DNA from: Abditibacterium sp.
GTDB taxonomy: Bacteria > Armatimonadota > Abditibacteriia > Abditibacteriales > Abditibacteriaceae
NCBI GenBank assembly: GCA_965199495.1
Contig: CBDASK010000003.1
Location: forward strand, 2,048,001-2,112,000
DNA length: 64,000 bases
Direction: 5' to 3'
Below, one piece after another: positions 41,147 through 51,642 of the stretch (positions are counted from its first letter, which is position 1; each line of letters opens with the position of its first letter). The notes under the pieces were generated by a model. That model did not search any database and had not been told where the DNA came from. It saw only the letters and a list, made by a program, of their open reading frames with translations. A program made the position numbers and the translations under genes.

Positions 41147-41995
41147 ATGTTCCCATTGCCGTTCGTTGATTTTCCCGGCCCAATCTTGGCCGCGATTCTC
41201 TTTCTCTCGCTGCTTTACCTGCAAGCGCGCCGACCTTTGCGCGTTCAGCGATTTGGCGCGTGGACGCGCATTTTTCGCAACTTGGTTCTGGCTGCGCCCG
41301 CGCTGGTTTTACTACGTTTGATTCTCATTCCAATTCCTTATTTCGTCGCGATTTGGGCGCAGCATCACGGCGTGGGCATTTTGAACTGGTTGCATCTGCC
41401 GTTCTGGATAGCAGCCACGGTGGGCGCGTTGGGGTTCGATTACGCTTATTATTGGTGGCACGTCGGCACCCATCGCATTCCTTTGTTGTGGCGTTTTCAC
41501 AACGTGCATCACACCGATTTGGATATGGACGTTTCGACGGCGGCGCGCTTTCACTTTCTCGAAACCGCGATTTCCGTGGTTTATCGCGTCGCCGTCGTTT
41601 TGTTGATTGGCATCGCGCCGCTCGTTTATTTGTTCTACGAAATGGTTTTTGAACTCGCGACGCAATTTCATCATTCCAACTGGCGTTTGCCGCGCCGCGT
41701 CGAAGCGATTCTCAATCTGTTCATCGTCACGCCGCGCATGCACGGCATTCATCATTCAATTGTAAAAGGCGAAACCGATTCCAATTGGAGCACGGTTTTT
41801 TGTTGGTGGGACAGATTACATGGCTCGCATCGCATGGACATCGCGCAGGACGAAATAATTATCGGCGTTCCGGCTTATCGCGACGAACGCGAATTAACGC
41901 TGGGCGATTTATGGCGGATGCCATTTCGTCCGATTCGCGATTGGCGCTTGCCCGATGGCGAAGTGCCGACGCGCGAAAAATCCGCGCGAAATTAA
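41147..41995 (+). CDS. Sterol desaturase / fatty acid hydroxylase family protein
   Basis: His boxes HVGTH, HNVHH, FHHSN, HGIHH. Confidence 0.92.
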   Translation: MFPLPFVDFPGPILAAILFLSLLYLQARRPLRVQRFGAWTRIFRNLVLAAPALVLLRLILIPIPYFVAIWAQHHGVGILNWLHLPFWIAATVGALGFDYAYYWWHVGTHRIPLLWRFHNVHHTDLDMDVSTAARFHFLETAISVVYRVAVVLLIGIAPLVYLFYEMVFELATQFHHSNWRLPRRVEAILNLFIVTPRMHGIHHSIVKGETDSNWSTVFCWWDRLHGSHRMDIAQDEIIIGVPAYRDERELTLGDLWRMPFRPIRDWRLPDGEVPTREKSARN

Positions 41996-42043
41996 TTTCG
42001 CGCGGACTCAAAAGTTGACTTCACTTATTTGATGTTGACGCCT

Positions 42044-42469
42044 TTATCGTTTATCGTTGGCGCCCATACGGGGTTTGCCATCCAAACGCTCGACGGTGGG
42101 ACGATCATAATCGTCGGCGCTATCGCTGGCTTTGGCGCGCAGCAAACGCACGTTGGCGTCGTAAATCACTTTGCCCAATGGATGCCCATAAACGCGGACT
42201 TGGTCGCCGCCGTGAATCTCTTTCATGTTGACTTTGGCGTGAAACTTCACCCGATAAATGCCCGCTCTGGTGCGCAGTTGGAAATCGGTGGCGCTCGGCG
42301 CGCCCGCGACGATGCCAGTGGCCGCCACCGATTTCGATTTGGGATTGGATTTGGGTTGGGCCTGCACGAGCGTGGGCGCCATCGCGAAAGTGCCCAGCAC
42401 GAGGGCGGTGGCTGTCAGGGGAAACGTGAAACGTGGAAACATAGTGAAATTTGTTTTGGCAAAACTCAT
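42044..42469 (-). CDS. Secreted hypothetical protein
   Basis: Signal peptide followed by a small beta-rich domain. Confidence 0.6.
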   Translation of the reverse strand: MSFAKTNFTMFPRFTFPLTATALVLGTFAMAPTLVQAQPKSNPKSKSVAATGIVAGAPSATDFQLRTRAGIYRVKFHAKVNMKEIHGGDQVRVYGHPLGKVIYDANVRLLRAKASDSADDYDRPTVERLDGKPRMGANDKR

Positions 42470-42488
42470 TCCAAATGCCCATCGGAAA

Positions 42489-44417
42489 TTATTTTGCGCG
42501 CGGCATCAGAAACGGAACGCCCGCGTCTGCAAAGGCGCGCGTGACAATGCGTGTGCCCGCCACGTTTTGCGTGCGTCGCAGCGCGCTCAGACGAAACGGC
42601 GATGGAACTTCGCCCAACGGAATACGCATTTCGATATTGGCAAACCCGGCGAACGTTTTGATTTTCGCCTCAAAATCCGACATTTGGGCCTCGAATCGCC
42701 CATCACGCGTCCATTTTTCGACGACAGTTTTGCCCTGAAGCGTCGCCACAAAGCGCCATTTTTCTGGCGTCTTGCCCACGTCAACCGGCGCGATTTCCGC
42801 CGCGACCCAATCGCCGTTTTGCGGCGATTGAACGCGAAACGCCAAAGTTAAAAATTTGTCGTCGCGTCGCGCCCACATTTTGGTCGCGGGCCACTCGCTT
42901 TCGATTGTTCCATCGCGCGTAAAATGAATAAATTTATCGGCGGCCCATTCGGTTAAATTGCCGTCCAACTCAACGGGCGCGCCGCGCGAAATTGAAAAAT
43001 CGGGCAACGCCGCTTTATCGCGCGGGAAAATCGGCAGTGCGCTCGCGCGTTTCAGTTCGTAATCTTCGATGGCATCGCGCAAAAGCATCAGACGAATCGA
43101 AGGCAATGGCCCGACGTGTCCGACAATTTCGCCGGGATAAAGCAAGGTGCCATCGCCGTTGGTCTCGCCAAACGATGGCAAAGTGTCCAGCGGTTTTGGC
43201 CCCCAGCCGTGCGCCATTGAATAGACGAAACTGCTAAATCCATATTTGCGCCAGAACGCGCCGTATGCGCGCACGCTTTGGCCGTCGTCGTCGAGCAGCC
43301 ACGTCGGGTAAGGGAACTTTGGCTCGAACATCGTGTAAAGCCAAGTTTCGTGGCCCGCAACGCGTTCTCGTTTGAGCGCGTCGAAATCCAAACCGCCGAT
43401 ACCAAAAAAATCGCCGATGTTGGGCGCCCAAATATCCACGCTATCTTTGAGCGATTGATTGGGATGCGCCGTCACCAAATGTTTAATACCCAACGCGCGT
43501 AGTCTCGCCGTGGCGGCACGCGCGGCGGCGTAGCGCGGTTCGTCAGTCGGTTCGTCTATCCAATAATAAATCGCTTTAGGCAGCGTTTTAGTCGCGCGCA
43601 ACTTTTCCAGCGCGATGTCGAATTCGGGCGTGTCCAGTGGCGGCACGCGCACGCTCAGGACGCGCGTATCCAACAGATATTTCTCGGCGAGCGGCGAACT
43701 CCAACTCACGGGCAAATCGTAGGCGTTGAGGCGATAATCGAGCAGAAATTCGTAATATTTGCGCTTCTGGATTTCCCATTCTTCGTCGGTAAAACTCTGG
43801 CCCAGATTTTTGCGATACCAATCGCGCAAAACGTCGTAATAAACCGCGACAGTCGCGCGAAACGTCGGCGCTGGCAAAGTCTGATCGTCCACGCGTAACG
43901 TCAGCGCCAGACGCCGGTTTTCGCCGTCGGCATTTACGTCTAATTCGCCGAAATAATCGCCCGCGACGGCATCTTGGGGCACGCGAATCGTCGCCCAGAA
44001 AACCGCGCTTTGCCCGGCTTCGATGCGCGCGGTTTTATCCAACGGCAACAACGCGTCGGGCCAATAGAGCGGGCGCAGTTCGCGGTTGCCGCTCGGTTTG
44101 GCGACGTAAACATAGTTTTCGCGCCAAATTTCCAACTGCTTCGATTCAATGAACTCGGCGCCGATTGTCGCCAAGCCGTTGGGCGTGATTTGCAAATTTT
44201 CGATGGGTTTTGCGCCCGCCGTCACCACAAATTGAAAGCTCTCCCACTCGCCGCGCGCCGCGCGCATGACGACGGGGTCGGCCCCAAACGGCAGCAAAAC
44301 GCCCGGTTTGGATGCGACCAATTTGCGCGTTGACGCAACCGGCGTTAGCGACCATTTCGCGGGCGCGGCGAGAACGGGCATGGCGAGCAAAAGCACAATG
44401 GCGAAAAGGCGGAGCAT
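42489..44417 (-). CDS. Secreted DUF4091 / GH123-like glycoside hydrolase
   Basis: ARGEWESFQ, IDEP, NGDGTLLYPG, SIRLMLLRDAIEDYE. Confidence 0.75.
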   Translation of the reverse strand: MLRLFAIVLLLAMPVLAAPAKWSLTPVASTRKLVASKPGVLLPFGADPVVMRAARGEWESFQFVVTAGAKPIENLQITPNGLATIGAEFIESKQLEIWRENYVYVAKPSGNRELRPLYWPDALLPLDKTARIEAGQSAVFWATIRVPQDAVAGDYFGELDVNADGENRRLALTLRVDDQTLPAPTFRATVAVYYDVLRDWYRKNLGQSFTDEEWEIQKRKYYEFLLDYRLNAYDLPVSWSSPLAEKYLLDTRVLSVRVPPLDTPEFDIALEKLRATKTLPKAIYYWIDEPTDEPRYAAARAATARLRALGIKHLVTAHPNQSLKDSVDIWAPNIGDFFGIGGLDFDALKRERVAGHETWLYTMFEPKFPYPTWLLDDDGQSVRAYGAFWRKYGFSSFVYSMAHGWGPKPLDTLPSFGETNGDGTLLYPGEIVGHVGPLPSIRLMLLRDAIEDYELKRASALPIFPRDKAALPDFSISRGAPVELDGNLTEWAADKFIHFTRDGTIESEWPATKMWARRDDKFLTLAFRVQSPQNGDWVAAEIAPVDVGKTPEKWRFVATLQGKTVVEKWTRDGRFEAQMSDFEAKIKTFAGFANIEMRIPLGEVPSPFRLSALRRTQNVAGTRIVTRAFADAGVPFLMPRAK

Positions 44418-44430
44418 GAATAGACAAAAT

Positions 44431-45126
44431 TTACTGCGCCGACTGCGCCATTAAATCGCGGGCGGCGGCGTTGGTTTTCGCTTCGGTTTCCACGTCGCTG
44501 AACTCGCCGTGGCCGCATAAAATTTGGGTTTGTGGCGCCATCTTCATGACGCGCGCGAGCGAGTTGGCCAAGTGCGCCGCGTTGGCGCCGGGCAGGTCAA
44601 CGCGTCCGTAAGATTGGCGAAAAATCACGTCGCCGCTGACGAGATGGCCGTCGAACTCAAACGCGACCGAACCGGGCGAATGGCCGGGCAGTTCGATGAC
44701 TTGAACTGCCAAATCGCCGATTTTCAAGGTTTGGCCTTCATGCAAGGGTTCGTCGGGCTGCACGACTTCGGGCTGCGCTAAGCCAAAAAACAACGATTGC
44801 TCGCGCAGATGCTCCAAGAAAAAATGGTCGGCGGGATGGCAATAAATCGGCGCGCCAAATTCGGCTTTCCAGACGGCGTTGTCGTAAACGTGATCGATGT
44901 GGCCGTGCGTGTTCCAAATCGCGACGAGTCGGACGCCCTCGTTTTGCAAGGCGCGCATTTTTTCCAGCAGTTCATCGGCGCCAATCGAAGGGTCTATGAT
45001 GACGGCCTCACGGCCCTGCCACAGCAAAAACGAGTTGGTTTGCATTGGCCCACAGTTTTGCGTGGCCAAATGCCAATCGGGACGGGAGTCGGGAACAGAA
45101 TCGGGACGAGGAGAATCGGAATGCAC
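44431..45126 (-). CDS. MBL-fold hydrolase (glyoxalase II-like)
   Basis: THGHIDH, PGHSPGS, SGD, GHG. Confidence 0.93.
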   Translation of the reverse strand: MHSDSPRPDSVPDSRPDWHLATQNCGPMQTNSFLLWQGREAVIIDPSIGADELLEKMRALQNEGVRLVAIWNTHGHIDHVYDNAVWKAEFGAPIYCHPADHFFLEHLREQSLFFGLAQPEVVQPDEPLHEGQTLKIGDLAVQVIELPGHSPGSVAFEFDGHLVSGDVIFRQSYGRVDLPGANAAHLANSLARVMKMAPQTQILCGHGEFSDVETEAKTNAAARDLMAQSAQ

Positions 45127-45314
45127 CGATAGAGTTTAAAATAACGCGCGCTTTGATTGGCCAAACGCGACTTTGTGTTTAGAAAATCGCTCAAATGGGT
45201 AAAATTGAAGCTGCGATGTGGCACACTTGCGTGTCTCGCGCGTCCAAAAGATAAGTATTCGATTTCTCAAAAGTTTCCGACAACCGGAATAACCGGGAAA
45301 TTTCAGGTTCCGCT

Positions 45315-47258
45315 ATGCGCATTTCTCCCAAATCTCCTTCTCCTGCCGAGGCTCTCGCCGATGACGCGCGCCTCGAAGCGTTGGCCGCCGAAGCCGCCGA
45401 GGAACAGGCGCCCAAAACTTCGCCCGGCGAAATTGATGCTCGTCGCGCGCAGCAACTTTTGGAGCGCTCCGCCTCGCTCGCCGGGCGCGGCGATATGAGC
45501 GCGGCCCTTTTGGCGACGCGTCAGGCGTTGGCGCTGGCGCCCACCAATATCGAGGGCCATCTTTTGTTGGCTCGCTTGCTCGAACGCGGGCGCGACTTCG
45601 GCGGCGCGCGCGCCGCCTACGAAAAAATCGTCCAACTCGCGCCTGAACGCACCACCGCGCGCGAAAATCTCCTGCGCCTCAGCACGTATTTGGAGCAATC
45701 GCAGGACGCGGCGGGCCAATTCCATTTCAACTCCGACGAACTTTTCAGTTCCGAAGCCAAATCGGACGCGGCGCCCGCAGCAGCCACGTCGGCTGAGTCT
45801 TTGGCACAGGCTTCGGTTGCCGACGCGGCTTTAGATGACGATCCGATGGAAATGCTCGATCAATCCATGTTGCCGGTTGTCGAAGCGCGTCTGCCGCCCA
45901 CGCGATTGGAAACGCCGAGCGAAAAACCCATCGAGACGCCGGTAATTGCTGGTGCCACCGCGCCCGCCGCACCTTTTGAGGAACGGCGCAAAAATAATAT
46001 TCCGGTCGCAACCGAGCGACGCCGCGCGCCCTCGCTCGTCGCGGCACCCCTTGTTCCAACGCCGATTCAGGCGCCAACTCCGGTTGCGTCGGCGCCCTTG
46101 GTTGCCAAACCATTGTCGGCGCGCGCTTCCGATAACATTTTCGATTTGGACGCGGGCCTCAACGCGGGCGCGCCGCCCCGGACGCCGCGCGCGGCGTTAG
46201 ACCTCGATATGCCCGGCGCCACCAACGTGCCGTTGTGGCAACAGGTCGCGGCGCGTCCGTCGTTTTTCGCGCGCACCCTACCTGTTGTCGCGGTCGCGTT
46301 GCTCAGCCTTGGGTTCTTGAGTTGGGCGCGCGGACGCGCCGTCTCGAAAATCGTGGCGCCCGACCCAACTGCGTTAGCACAGGCCGCTGCGCCCACGACG
46401 CAAGAGGTTTCGACTTCGACGGGAACCACCAATTCCGGCGCCGTCGCGCCCGCGAATAACGCCGCCAACGGCAACGCGCCCACGACGGATGCGGCGGGTT
46501 TCCCGATTTCCAATGTGCCCGCGACCTTCACTGCGCCGCCCGCGCCCAACTCGTCGGGCGGCGCGCCCAATCCAGCCACGGGCGGCAATAACGCGCCTTC
46601 GACCACGGCGCGCGCCAGCAATCGCGCCAATAACAATGGCAACGGGCGCGCGCCGCGCCGGAATTTCCCGTCGCCGCGTCCGGTGCCGAGTTTCCCCAGC
46701 GTTTCGCTGGCGCCCGCGCCGATTCCTCCGGCCAGCGTGCGCAATCAACTGCCGAGCGCGGGCGGACAAAACGGCGGCGGCAACATCATTTTGCCCAGCC
46801 CGTCCATCGAAATGCCGAGCGCGCCCGTGCAACGTCAGCGCGTGTTGCCACCGACCGATAACGGCTTGAACCCGGCGGGTGCGCCGGGGCGTGGCTACGT
46901 TCGCGTCACCGAAGGTCGCGTCGGCAGCGGCGTAATGCCTTCGCAACCGAGCAACGTCGCGCGCGAGAACGAGAATAACGCCAATGCTGCGGCGCGCAAC
47001 GGCCAGACCGATCAGGCGATTTCGCAGATGTCGCAGGCGATTCGCGCCGATAGCGACAACGCCGGTTTTCGCTATCAGCAACGCGCGATGCTGTTTTTGC
47101 AACGCGGCGATTACAACCGCGCCAGCGACGATTTTCAATCCGCGATTTCGGCCTACCAGAGCCAAATTAGCAACGGCGACAACGTCGCTCAAGCCAAAAG
47201 TGGTTTGAATTCGGCGCGTAGCGGTTTAACGCTGGCGCTGGCGGGCAAACGCGGCTAA
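45315..47258 (+). CDS. TPR membrane protein with Pro-rich linkers
   Basis: TPR-like helices at both ends, central TM helix. Confidence 0.75.
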   Translation: MRISPKSPSPAEALADDARLEALAAEAAEEQAPKTSPGEIDARRAQQLLERSASLAGRGDMSAALLATRQALALAPTNIEGHLLLARLLERGRDFGGARAAYEKIVQLAPERTTARENLLRLSTYLEQSQDAAGQFHFNSDELFSSEAKSDAAPAAATSAESLAQASVADAALDDDPMEMLDQSMLPVVEARLPPTRLETPSEKPIETPVIAGATAPAAPFEERRKNNIPVATERRRAPSLVAAPLVPTPIQAPTPVASAPLVAKPLSARASDNIFDLDAGLNAGAPPRTPRAALDLDMPGATNVPLWQQVAARPSFFARTLPVVAVALLSLGFLSWARGRAVSKIVAPDPTALAQAAAPTTQEVSTSTGTTNSGAVAPANNAANGNAPTTDAAGFPISNVPATFTAPPAPNSSGGAPNPATGGNNAPSTTARASNRANNNGNGRAPRRNFPSPRPVPSFPSVSLAPAPIPPASVRNQLPSAGGQNGGGNIILPSPSIEMPSAPVQRQRVLPPTDNGLNPAGAPGRGYVRVTEGRVGSGVMPSQPSNVARENENNANAAARNGQTDQAISQMSQAIRADSDNAGFRYQQRAMLFLQRGDYNRASDDFQSAISAYQSQISNGDNVAQAKSGLNSARSGLTLALAGKRG

Positions 47259-47581
47259 ACGATGTGGCAAATGTGCGCGACAGAATGACAGAACAGCGAA
47301 CTTTAGAACGGGCACGCCGCGTTAAATAAGCCACGTCGCTTCCGCTCCGCGTTCTGTTTCAGCGTTCATTCGAGAGCTGTTTATCGTGCTTTCGCCGCGA
47401 ACCGATTTGGATTATCGCGAAATTGTGCGCCGGGTGCGCTAAACTTTTGGGAGCTGGCTCTGTCAAACCCCATGATCTAATCAGAGTTGCGCGCCAAACG
47501 GAATTTTTTTGACAAATTTCGTTCAAAAGACAGCGCGCATTTTGTCGCGTCGTTGGGGCGCACAACCTTCCGTTTCCGATA

Positions 47582-49789
47582 ATGAAAATTTCTCCCATTT
47601 CGCCGAACTCTACGCGCGCCAATCCGATTAAACAGCTCGGCGGTTTTGCGCTCGGCCTGACATTGGGTTGCGCTGCGCTCGCCGGAGCGCAAAACGCGCC
47701 GATTAGCGTCGCTCCCGTTGCCAATGTCCCGGCGCCGGTGGCTGCTAACGCCGCCGCGCCCGTTTCGTCCAATATCAGCGTTTTGATCGTGGCGCTCGAT
47801 GATTTGGGCGCGCCGGGCGCGGGTATGGTGCCGCTGATTTCGCCGCCCATTGTGCCTGCGACGGCGCCGCCCGTCATCGCGCCCGCCGATGGGATGCCGC
47901 CGCTCGTGACGCCGACCGGATTTGACAAAAGACCGCTGTGGCAATGGCGCGTTTCCGCGCAGAAGAAAACCAAAGCAGAAAAAAAACGCGAGAAAGAAGC
48001 GGAAGACGCCCGACTTTTTAATCCCAATCCCGTCCCGATTACGCCCTACACGCCGCCCGGCAGAACTCCCAACCCGCTAACCGATAACCGCCCGGCGTTC
48101 GCCGCCGCGCCGCCCGACGGCAGTCTGGCGCCCATTGTGCGCGCGCCCGGCGCCGGGATTTTCGTTGATCCGTCGGCGTCTAACACCGCGCCCGACACTT
48201 CGGCGCCGGGGCGTTCGCAGTTGATGGCGGTGCCGCTCCGCCGCATTTTGGTTTCGCAGGGTTACAAAGATGTGCAGGTCGTCACGCCCGCCAGCAACGC
48301 CATCGTGCGCGCGATTGGCGAGGCGCGATTGTCGCCGCGCGTGTTGGACGAACTCAAGCGCTCGCTGGCGACTTTGGCCGCCAACAACGCTGCTGGCGAA
48401 CCCGCCGACGTGAGCGCGACCATCGCGGCGGGACGCGCGGCGTCGCGCATCGGTCAGGCGACCGGTTATCGCGCGGTCGTCGGTTTTTACGTCGCCGATC
48501 CAACGATGATTAACTTGGTCGGCGCTACAGCCACGCCCGATGCCAAGACGCAAAAAATCGCCGTCAACATGGTCGTGGCCGATGCGCAACGCGAAAGCGT
48601 CGAGCCATTGCAGTTCATTGAAACCGGCGATACCGAAGAAATTTGGCGCGAAACCGGCGCCGGTGCGGGCGCCAAAATGCTCGACGAAACCCTGAAAGAT
48701 TGGCCCGCTAATTCGTCGGCCAACCGCGACAAATTGGCGCAGGTTCACTTCGACGCCGCGCGCGCCGCCTACGAAGACAGCGATTTGCCCCGCGCGCAGG
48801 ACGAATTGAATCAATCGCTTTCGCTCGACCCGACTCGTCCCGACGCGTTTTTGCTGCGCGGCGATATTCTCAACGCCCTTGATCCGGGCGACGGTTTGGC
48901 GGCTTACCAAAAGGCAATCGAACTCAACTCAACCAACGGGCAAGATTGGGCGCGCATCGCCGTCGCATATGCGAATGCCAACGCCAACACCAACACGCCC
49001 GATTGGGGCCCCGCGTGGGAGGCAGGCAAAAAAGCTCTCTCGCTCAACTACGATTCGGCGGCGTTGCGCGTGACACTCGCCACCATTCAATATGGGCGCG
49101 CCGAATTGTTTCGCAAAGCCCAATATCCCAATCAGGCCGAAGAAGCCGAAGCCGACGCGCGCACAAATTTGGATCGCGCTCTGCAACTGGCGCCTGACGA
49201 TCCCACAGCGGTGCGTCTGTTGTCGCGAAATTTGATCGCCACGCGCCGCTACGAAGAGGCCGCGCGCACGCTCGACCGCATCGCGCCCAATTATCCCAAA
49301 GATTTGGAAATTCAGAGCCAATATGCCCTCGCTCTGGGCAGCCAAACCGGGCGCGAAGAAGATGCGTTTGCCGCCTACGCCCGCGTGTGGAAATTGAGCG
49401 GACAAACTAAAGTCACCGTGGATGCCGCGCTTTATCGCACGCTGGCCAGCGGTTTTGACCAGCGCTTATTCAACTTGGGCAGACTCGCGATTCAATTGGC
49501 GCGCGGCGTCGAAGCGCGCGCCGTTTTGCGCGAATCCGCGCTGATTCAACTGACCAAACTCAAAGAAGAGATGGACACGGCCAAAGACGCCATCAGCATT
49601 ATGCAGCCCACGGCGGCTATCGCCATTACGACGACCAATTCGCGCGTATTCGCCGCCAACCTGATGGATCAATCGCTCGAATCGCTGCAAACCTATCTCG
49701 ATACCGGCCAGGCCGATTACTTCCAAACCGGCGATGGTCTCTATCGCCAGGCCGTGGCTCAACTGAATACAGCGCGCGGCGGACAGTAA
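47582..49789 (+). CDS. Secreted TPR protein
   Basis: Signal peptide; repeated TPR patterns (SLSLDPTRPDA, ALQLAPDDPTA). Confidence 0.75.
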   Translation: MKISPISPNSTRANPIKQLGGFALGLTLGCAALAGAQNAPISVAPVANVPAPVAANAAAPVSSNISVLIVALDDLGAPGAGMVPLISPPIVPATAPPVIAPADGMPPLVTPTGFDKRPLWQWRVSAQKKTKAEKKREKEAEDARLFNPNPVPITPYTPPGRTPNPLTDNRPAFAAAPPDGSLAPIVRAPGAGIFVDPSASNTAPDTSAPGRSQLMAVPLRRILVSQGYKDVQVVTPASNAIVRAIGEARLSPRVLDELKRSLATLAANNAAGEPADVSATIAAGRAASRIGQATGYRAVVGFYVADPTMINLVGATATPDAKTQKIAVNMVVADAQRESVEPLQFIETGDTEEIWRETGAGAGAKMLDETLKDWPANSSANRDKLAQVHFDAARAAYEDSDLPRAQDELNQSLSLDPTRPDAFLLRGDILNALDPGDGLAAYQKAIELNSTNGQDWARIAVAYANANANTNTPDWGPAWEAGKKALSLNYDSAALRVTLATIQYGRAELFRKAQYPNQAEEAEADARTNLDRALQLAPDDPTAVRLLSRNLIATRRYEEAARTLDRIAPNYPKDLEIQSQYALALGSQTGREEDAFAAYARVWKLSGQTKVTVDAALYRTLASGFDQRLFNLGRLAIQLARGVEARAVLRESALIQLTKLKEEMDTAKDAISIMQPTAAIAITTTNSRVFAANLMDQSLESLQTYLDTGQADYFQTGDGLYRQAVAQLNTARGGQ

Positions 49790-49838
49790 AGAGAATTTCG
49801 CTTGAGTCGTTAAGCGTTTCAATTCTCCGTTTTCCCCG

Positions 49839-51011
49839 ATGCTCACTCGCGAACTTGATTTCGATTTGCCGCCCGAACGGATCGCGCAAACGCCGCTCGA
49901 ACCGCGCGACGCGGCGCGTCTGCTTTGTCTCAACTGCGCCGATGAGGTTTTGACGCATCACATCGTGCGCGATTTACCCGATTTATTGCGCGCGGGCGAT
50001 TTATTGGTTTTGAACGACACCCGCGTTTTGCGCGCGCGCTTGCAGGGCCAAAAGCCCAGCGGCGGGCGCGTCGAAGCGCTGTTGCTGAAAGAAGAACGCG
50101 CCAGCGAACACGGATTGGATGTCTGGGAAGCGCTACTCAAACCTTCGGCGCGTTTGCAAATCGGTGGCGTTGTCTGGTTTCGCGGCGAAGCAAACGGCGA
50201 ACCCATCGCCGTGCGCGCCGAATTATTGGAGCGGCGCGACGCGGCGTGGCTGCTACAATTCTCGTCGAACAATGGACAACCCCTGCGCGAACTTTTGCCA
50301 ATTTTGGGCGAAGTTCCGCTGCCGCCTTATATTCACGAAAAGGCCGACGAGGCGCGTTATCAAACGACGTTCGCGCGTGCAAAGCCGGACGCAGATTCGG
50401 ACGCAAATCCGCTCGATTCGGCGGCGGCGCCGACGGCGGGGCTGCATTTCACGCCCGAACTGTTTGAGCGTTTGGAACAGCGCGGCATCGAGCGCGTCTT
50501 CGTAACGCTGGCGGTCGGCGCGGGCACCTTTCGTCCGGTGAAAGTCGAAAACTTGGATCAGCACGACATGCACGCCGAAGAGTTTTGGATTTCGCCTGAA
50601 ACCGCCGCGCGTATCAACGCTCACAAAAAAGCGGGCGGGCGCGTCGTGGCTGTTGGCACGACGACGGTGCGCGCGCTCGAAAGCGCGGCGCGAATCAACG
50701 GAAATGGCGCGGTCGTGGCGGGTGCGGGCGAGACGCGTTTGTTTCTGCAACCCGGCGCGCCGTTTTACGTGGTAGACGCGCTGATGACGAATTTTCACCT
50801 GCCGCGCTCGACGTTGTTGGCCCTCGTTGCGGCTTTTGTGGAGAGCCGGTTAGAACGCGCGAAAAACGCGGAAAACTCAAATGGCGAAAACAGTTCTACT
50901 AAGTCAATCGTTGGCGGCGATGGCCTCGCGATAACGCAAAGCGCGTATCGCGAGGCAATTGCCAACAACTACCGATTCTTCTCGTTTGGCGACGCTATGC
51001 TAATCGAGTAA
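49839..51011 (+). CDS. queA: SAM:tRNA ribosyltransferase-isomerase
   Basis: AAPTAGLHF, VGTTTVRALE, TNFHLPRSTL, YRFFSFGDAM. Confidence 0.97.
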   Translation: MLTRELDFDLPPERIAQTPLEPRDAARLLCLNCADEVLTHHIVRDLPDLLRAGDLLVLNDTRVLRARLQGQKPSGGRVEALLLKEERASEHGLDVWEALLKPSARLQIGGVVWFRGEANGEPIAVRAELLERRDAAWLLQFSSNNGQPLRELLPILGEVPLPPYIHEKADEARYQTTFARAKPDADSDANPLDSAAAPTAGLHFTPELFERLEQRGIERVFVTLAVGAGTFRPVKVENLDQHDMHAEEFWISPETAARINAHKKAGGRVVAVGTTTVRALESAARINGNGAVVAGAGETRLFLQPGAPFYVVDALMTNFHLPRSTLLALVAAFVESRLERAKNAENSNGENSSTKSIVGGDGLAITQSAYREAIANNYRFFSFGDAMLIE

Positions 51012-51059
51012 CGCCCGAACTCACTGGCCGTAACGCGAGCGTTTGGGTTTTCCGAAGCA

Positions 51060-51515
51060 ATGAAGCTCTCATCGACCGCTGGAATTTTATCCTCATCGCC
51101 TCTGACCGCGCCACCAAAAATGGCGGCCAGCGCGGCGGATTCGCGTGCCAATGTGCCGCGCACCGCATCGCCCGCCGAGCCGCAGAAAAAGCCGGCGGAT
51201 GCCGCCAAAACTCGCGAAGTCGTTATCGAACGAAAACCCAAAAAAGCGGGCGACGACCAAAAAGATGACGGCGAAAAGAAACCCAAAAAGCGCGTGCGCC
51301 TCAAGCCCGAAACGCCCGAAAAACTGATCGAACGCCTGCGCAACCCGCAGCTTTCGCTGCACGAAGCCTCGATTTTATTGCGCGTCAGCCGCGCGACGGT
51401 GCGCCGTTACGCCGATTCGGGCCGTTTGGTTTGCCAGCGCACGCCCGGCGGCCAACGCCGCTTTTTCCTGCGCGACATCGAAAATTTTTATCGCCAGTTG
51501 AAATTAAAAAGGTAA
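51060..51515 (+). CDS. MerR/excisionase-type (BldC-like) HTH DNA-binding protein
   Basis: EASILLRVSRATVRRYADSGRL...RTPGGQRRF. Confidence 0.8.
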   Translation: MKLSSTAGILSSSPLTAPPKMAASAADSRANVPRTASPAEPQKKPADAAKTREVVIERKPKKAGDDQKDDGEKKPKKRVRLKPETPEKLIERLRNPQLSLHEASILLRVSRATVRRYADSGRLVCQRTPGGQRRFFLRDIENFYRQLKLKR

Positions 51516-51630
51516 ATTTCGGATTTCAGATTTCGGATGCCAGAAATCGGATAAGTTTGAGGAGAGTTAAACTCTAAAGTTCACTCTCAAACCTATCCGA
51601 TTTCCGACATCTTGCTATCCGATATCCGAT
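51516..51630. repeat. Inverted heptamer arrays (TTTCGGA / TTTCCGA)
   Basis: TTTCGGA TTTCAGA TTTCGGA TGCCAGA AATCGGA ... TATCCGA TTTCCGA ... TATCCGA TATCCGA. Confidence 0.8.
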
Positions 51631-51642
51631 AAATTTTAAATT

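Noticed and set aside
50845..50925. Low-complexity insertion near the QueA C-terminus
   Set aside because: In frame, probably a surface loop; all catalytic motifs are intact
51060..51515. Excisionase-like HTH as a prophage marker
   Set aside because: No integrase, att site or phage genes nearby; composition is host-like
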